DNA of 20,000 nucleotides, from the IMG/VR virus record IMGVR_UViG_3300037499_000085. One strand, 5' to 3'. Below the pieces are notes generated by a model. That model saw only the letters and a list, made by a program, of their open reading frames with translations. It had not been told where the DNA came from and made no database searches. Shown here in pieces: positions 16,694 to 20,000 of the stretch (position 1 is its first letter; every line of letters begins with the position of its first letter). Position numbers and translations under genes: made by a program. This stretch comes from an uncultured virus (IMG/VR IMGVR_UViG_3300037499_000085). Lineage: Duplodnaviria > Heunggongvirae > Uroviricota > Caudoviricetes.

Positions 16694-17119
16694 TCAGACC
16701 CCACTCGGGACAGTCAGCGTACCGGCTGTTATGGACACGTCAACCCCGACGCTGATCGTTGTGGTGTTCAAGATCAAAGTAGTACTGGACGTGCCCACGT
16801 CGCCGTCGAGAATCGTGCCGATGTTGCCGGTGCCGACCGACTCCATACGGAAAAACGTCGCCGTACCGGCTGCCACACCTTCGGCGGTGCGGGGGGTACC
16901 TCCGAGGGTGATAGTTCCGCTGGACGATGTGCCGAACGCCGGGTCATCGAGGTCGAACGTGGCCAAGAGCGTGTTACCGGCCAGTGCGGTATCCGCCGTG
17001 GCAGGCTGGGTGCCGGAGTACAGCTTGATCGTGGCAGCATCATCACCACTGTTGATCGCGTCGTCCAGCGAGTCCCCGAGCCGGTTACGGGTTGCTCCTG
17101 AGAGCCGGAGGTTGGCCAT
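16694..17119 (-). CDS. Putative virion fibre subunit
   Basis: IKLYSGTQPATADTA..NTLLATF...AAGTATFFR...LDGDVG...LNTTTI pattern resembles small phage fibre proteins (recognised from memory). Confidence 0.7.
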   Translation of the reverse strand: MANLRLSGATRNRLGDSLDDAINSGDDAATIKLYSGTQPATADTALAGNTLLATFDLDDPAFGTSSSGTITLGGTPRTAEGVAAGTATFFRMESVGTGNIGTILDGDVGTSSTTLILNTTTISVGVDVSITAGTLTVPSGV

Positions 17120-17122
17120 GGG

Positions 17123-17482
17123 TCAATTCCCTTCGAGGCGCGTGCGCCTACGCACGACGACGATAGTGGCGGTGCCTGCGACCACGGTCAGGGCAGCCGC
17201 GCCGTACGCGCGGAGCGGGTGACGGTTGATCACGTCGGACACGCCGGTGTCCGCCAGTGCGGCGGTGTACTTCTCGTACGCGGCAGGCTCACCCGCGTTG
17301 TCCTCGCAACCGATGCCGTCGTTGTCGGCGTCCAGGCCGTCAGGGTCGTGGCCGTCCACGATGACGACCGGGGTCGCGAAATCGGCGCAGTTGAGATCAT
17401 CCACCGCGTACGCGACCGGTGCGCTCAGAACCGCCGCCGCCGCCGCGACCCCGGCCACTACCGCACATTGCTTGATCATCAT
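17123..17482 (-). CDS. Secreted Excalibur Ca-binding domain protein with LAxTG cell-wall sorting signal
   Basis: Signal peptide ending AYA, DLNCADF...DPDGLDADNDGIGCE (Excalibur), then LADTG, a hydrophobic helix and an RRR tail. Confidence 0.85.
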   Translation of the reverse strand: MMIKQCAVVAGVAAAAAVLSAPVAYAVDDLNCADFATPVVIVDGHDPDGLDADNDGIGCEDNAGEPAAYEKYTAALADTGVSDVINRHPLRAYGAAALTVVAGTATIVVVRRRTRLEGN

Positions 17483-17488
17483 CGATCC

Positions 17489-17780
17489 TTATCGGTTGGT
17501 CACCCTGATGGTGATCGTCCGTTCGTCGATCCGCCCGACGGACGTAGTGATCCGGTTGGCCACAGAATACGGCGTGCCCGGAGTCCCACCGGCCAACCAC
17601 ACGGTGGTCGAGGTGGCGCTGAAACTGTCGGAGTTCTTGACCAGACCGGCGGACACGGTGAACTCGGATTCCGTGATCGATTCCCCGTCGGCCAGCCAGT
17701 CCGTCCAGTCCCATCGATAATCGCCAGTCCAAGATCGCGTCAGGGTCCTTTATCCAGTCTGTGATCGTAGTCACTGGCAC
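17489..17780 (-). pseudogene. Frameshifted KDPD-type phage fibre-adaptor-like gene
   Basis: AGGAGGTGAT-GTG start gives WIKDPDAILD. The conserved-looking continuation RWDWTDWLADGESI...TTVWLAGGTPGTPYSVANRITTSVGRIDERTITIRVTNR-TAA is in the +1 frame. Removing 7 nt within 17713-17729 gives a 94-aa ORF ending 6 nt before the next gene. Confidence 0.75.
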
Positions 17781-17788
17781 ATCACCTC

Positions 17789-18004
17789 CTAGCGTCGGAG
17801 GTACTCCAACGCACGGAGCAACCTGTTTTGATCATCTTGGAACCCACCAAGGGCGATGTTACAGGGAGAGCAGAGCAGTCCCCGGACGCACCGGCCACAA
17901 CTGCGCTTGCCGGGACAGCACGAATGGTCGTGATCAACAGATAGGTTGCGAAGACGCCCGGACGGAGGTTGCCCACAGATCGCGCATACCCCGTACCCCG
18001 GCAA
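17789..18004 (-). CDS. Endonuclease VII domain protein, short and possibly a remnant
   Basis: CAIC...LSVDHDH...[18 protein letters not shown]...[11 protein letters not shown] start with weak RBS, and an in-frame stop at 18050-18052 with no better start. Confidence 0.75.
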   Translation of the reverse strand: MPGYGVCAICGQPPSGRLRNLSVDHDHSCCPGKRSCGRCVRGLLCSPCNIALGGFQDDQNRLLRALEYLRR

Positions 18005-18012
18005 CGAGTGAC

Positions 18013-18501
18013 CTAGCGCAGTCCGACCGGCAACGCCGTGGCGATGCCCTTACGGCCCAGACCGCCGAGCAGGTACACCAGGGTTCCGAGATGGGCGAGA
18101 CCATCACCGGGGTCCGCTACATCGACCGACAGGTACGGTCCGGCGGTCATCGCGTCGGACCGGACCTGGAACACGATGATCTGTTGCATTTCCGCCGTGC
18201 CGGTCACGGTGGCCCCGGCAGCCTGCCCGGTGCGCACCCACGCTTCGTCGTTGTCGAGCGTCGCCTCTGTTTTGGTCCAGAACTCCGTGACCACGGCGAG
18301 ATCCGCGCTGTCTCCGGACGTCACGGCGGTGTGCTGCCGCAGGGTGAGAACCGGGGGTTCGGCCGCGTCACCGGCACCGCCGATGTAGAGGACGGTCATG
18401 TACTCCACACCTTGCATGAGCTGCCGGGCACCCGTGTTGGCGCCCGTGGTGAGGAGAACGGGGGCGATGCCGATCGAGACATCGAAGTCACTTCCGAGCA
18501 T
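18013..18501 (-). CDS. Putative capsid decoration/cement-like protein
   Basis: GGAG RBS before ATG 18501 ([15 protein letters not shown]). LTLRQHTA...[21 protein letters not shown] resembles proteins I recall being encoded next to capsid genes in actinomycete prophages. Confidence 0.55.
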   Translation of the reverse strand: MLGSDFDVSIGIAPVLLTTGANTGARQLMQGVEYMTVLYIGGAGDAAEPPVLTLRQHTAVTSGDSADLAVVTEFWTKTEATLDNDEAWVRTGQAAGATVTGTAEMQQIIVFQVRSDAMTAGPYLSVDVADPGDGLAHLGTLVYLLGGLGRKGIATALPVGLR

Positions 18502-18795
18502 GATCCACTCCGGAGAGTCGGGGCGCGGGTCCGAGGTCACGAGAAGTGTACCGGCCACCTGTGCATAGGAACTGCATAGACCGTTTGAACCATTGTTGAT
18601 CTTCTAAAAGATCAGTCCTCTGACCAGCGAAAATGCTTTTGATCTCGATCCTGGAGAAAGGGTGTCCGGGCCGCAAAGGATCTCTTTAGGCGGACGCACA
18701 CGGACTTGGATCTCTTACGCGGCAGTAACTTGCACCCTCAGTAACATAAAACTACGTGCTGTTATTGCATAGCGATACCCGTCAGGACATAGCGA

Positions 18796-18826
18796 AGCCC
18801 CCGCCTCGAAGATCGAAACGGGGGCT
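18796..18826 (-). terminator. Stem-loop, probable intrinsic terminator after the HNH-HTH unit
   Basis: Minus strand AGCCCCCGTTTCGA-TCT-TCGAGGCGGGGGCT forms a 14-bp stem that is complete only on the minus strand (two G-U pairs). It lies about 45 nt after the stop at 18870. Confidence 0.7.
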
Positions 18827-18869
18827 CGTTGTGCTATTGGCACGGATCTTTACGGGGCGTTTATGACCC

Positions 18870-19034
18870 CTAGACAGGTATGCATCGCGGCTCCCGTATC
18901 CACTCGATGGGCGCCTCGTTGAGCAGCTCCCGGACAGTGGCCCGGTCGGCACCCATGTGTTCGGCGATGGCGTTCATGGACAGTCCTTGATCGTTGAGCA
19001 GGACGGCCCTGATGATCTTCACTTGCTCACTCAT
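18870..19034 (-). CDS. Small helix-turn-helix protein (54 aa)
   Basis: ATGA overlap with the HNH stop. QGLSMNAIAEHMGADRATVRELL is a typical HTH. Confidence 0.75.
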   Translation of the reverse strand: MSEQVKIIRAVLLNDQGLSMNAIAEHMGADRATVRELLNEAPIEWIREPRCIPV

Positions 19035-19759
19035 GATCTGCTCCTGTTGCCTTTGATGATGTTGCATCGGAGGTGCGCCAACTGGACGTTGACCCGTGTG
19101 TCAGGGCCACCCTTGGAGATCGGAATGATGTGGTCAATAGTCGGGCCCCGGAGGTTCCGGCCGGACAGCGTCATGTCCACCGGCTCTTCGCACAGACCGC
19201 AGATGAACCCGTCGCGCTCCGCGATCTCCTCCGTGGTGTAGCGCTCGGTGGGGAGGCCAAGCTTCAGCGCCTGTCGGCGCCGGTTCTTGTCACGCCAGAT
19301 TCGGTTTCTCGGTGCCCGGAACTCAGGAGTCAGCCGCCACGCTTCGAGACAAGGCTGACAACGAGGCACGTTGGCCGTGCTGCGCACATCCGTGCCGCAG
19401 CCCACGCATACGCGCGGCACCCTGGGGGTTGTGTCAACAGCCGTAGACCATGCCGCTTGGTAACACGTGCGCGAACAGTACTTTCGATCACTGGTCACCA
19501 TCTTCGTGAACACTCCGCTACAGCCCGCACACTCCGCATCTAGCCGTGGCTTCTTCCGGCACTCATGACACCGACGGCCGCCCTCGGGGACCGGGCCACG
19601 ATCTTCGATGCCCTTCCCACACCCACCGGCGCAAGCGACACGCGCCCGACCCGACTTCCTCGGAGGCATACCTTCTGCGCGCTTTTTGGCGTACCAGGCA
19701 CGAGAGTAAGCAGCTCGTTTCTCCTTCTCCGTCATATCCGATTTGATCTCCTTGTCCAT
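19031..19759 (-). CDS. HNH endonuclease with multiple N-terminal Zn-ribbon motifs
   Basis: C-terminal ERDGFICGLC...TIDHIIPISKGG...NVQLAHLRCNIIKG, with six upstream Cys pairs. Start placed at ATG 19759 (MDKEIK). Confidence 0.9.
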   Translation of the reverse strand: MDKEIKSDMTEKEKRAAYSRAWYAKKRAEGMPPRKSGRARVACAGGCGKGIEDRGPVPEGGRRCHECRKKPRLDAECAGCSGVFTKMVTSDRKYCSRTCYQAAWSTAVDTTPRVPRVCVGCGTDVRSTANVPRCQPCLEAWRLTPEFRAPRNRIWRDKNRRRQALKLGLPTERYTTEEIAERDGFICGLCEEPVDMTLSGRNLRGPTIDHIIPISKGGPDTRVNVQLAHLRCNIIKGNRSRS

Positions 19760-19800
19760 ACGCCAAGTGTACCGTAATGATTTGTAATTGCAGGTGCAAA
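19760..19800 (-). promoter_or_regulatory. Possible leaderless promoter of the HNH gene
   Basis: TACACT (19771-19766) lies 6 nt upstream of ATG 19759 with no SD, the geometry of actinobacterial leaderless genes. The -35 element is unclear. Confidence 0.45.
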
Positions 19801-19902
19801 GACGCAGGTAGATCGAGTTTGCTAGATCTTTTAGATGCAAAGACGATCTTTCGGGGCGCGTTTGCGATCTTGGTCCGAAGATCGATTTGCAGTGCAAAGA
19901 CG
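19795..19902 (+). repeat. Three perfect 10-bp direct repeats TGCAAAGACG
   Basis: Copies at 19795, 19836 and 19893 in an AT-rich, probably non-coding region. Confidence 0.9.
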
Positions 19903-20000
19903 GAAGTATAAATGATCATGCCTCTGACCTGCGACTTTAAGATTCTTTATGATCTTGTGGCTGACAGAAGATAGGCGGTTATTTGGGTGGCAGGGCGTCT

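Noticed and set aside
17397..17780. 127-aa ORF as an intact gene
   Set aside because: After about residue 20 the translation is Arg/Gly-rich and overlaps the next gene. The family-like sequence continues in the +1 frame.
18560..18870. tRNA or known structured ncRNA in the intergenic region
   Set aside because: I found no cloverleaf, T-loop GTTCRA or recognisable riboswitch by eye. An Infernal/Rfam scan would be decisive.
19760..19897. N-terminal extension of the HNH ORF to 19897
   Set aside because: It crosses the AT-rich repeat region, and a -10-like box 6 nt before ATG 19759 favours the shorter start.

Overview
This is a high-GC actinobacterial (Streptomyces-like) tailed-phage or prophage segment. 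All credible genes are on the minus strand, mostly coupled by ATGA/GTGA/TAATG overlaps. In transcription order (right to left): AT/GATC-rich repeat region; Zn-ribbon HNH endonuclease; small HTH gene; terminator and a second non-coding region; capsid-decoration-like gene; short endonuclease VII gene; frameshifted KDPD-type adaptor gene; secreted Excalibur protein with an LAxTG sortase signal; a cluster of fibre-like structural genes (two repeat proteins and an SGNH esterase); a four-gene DNA-modification-like cassette (ParB-like, glycosyltransferase, radical SAM/SPASM, TET/JBP dioxygenase); TerS; TerL; a small membrane protein; an HK97-type portal fused to a VIP2-like ADP-ribosyltransferase; a 47-aa ORF; and one long ORF, missing from the ORF track, that fuses prohead protease, a Cys-rich segment, a DUF6582-like domain and the major capsid protein and runs off the left edge. 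The strongest candidates for new biology are the TET/JBP-glycosyltransferase-radical SAM cassette and the portal-ART fusion with its downstream micro-ORF. Family assignments come from motifs read by eye; no searches were run.
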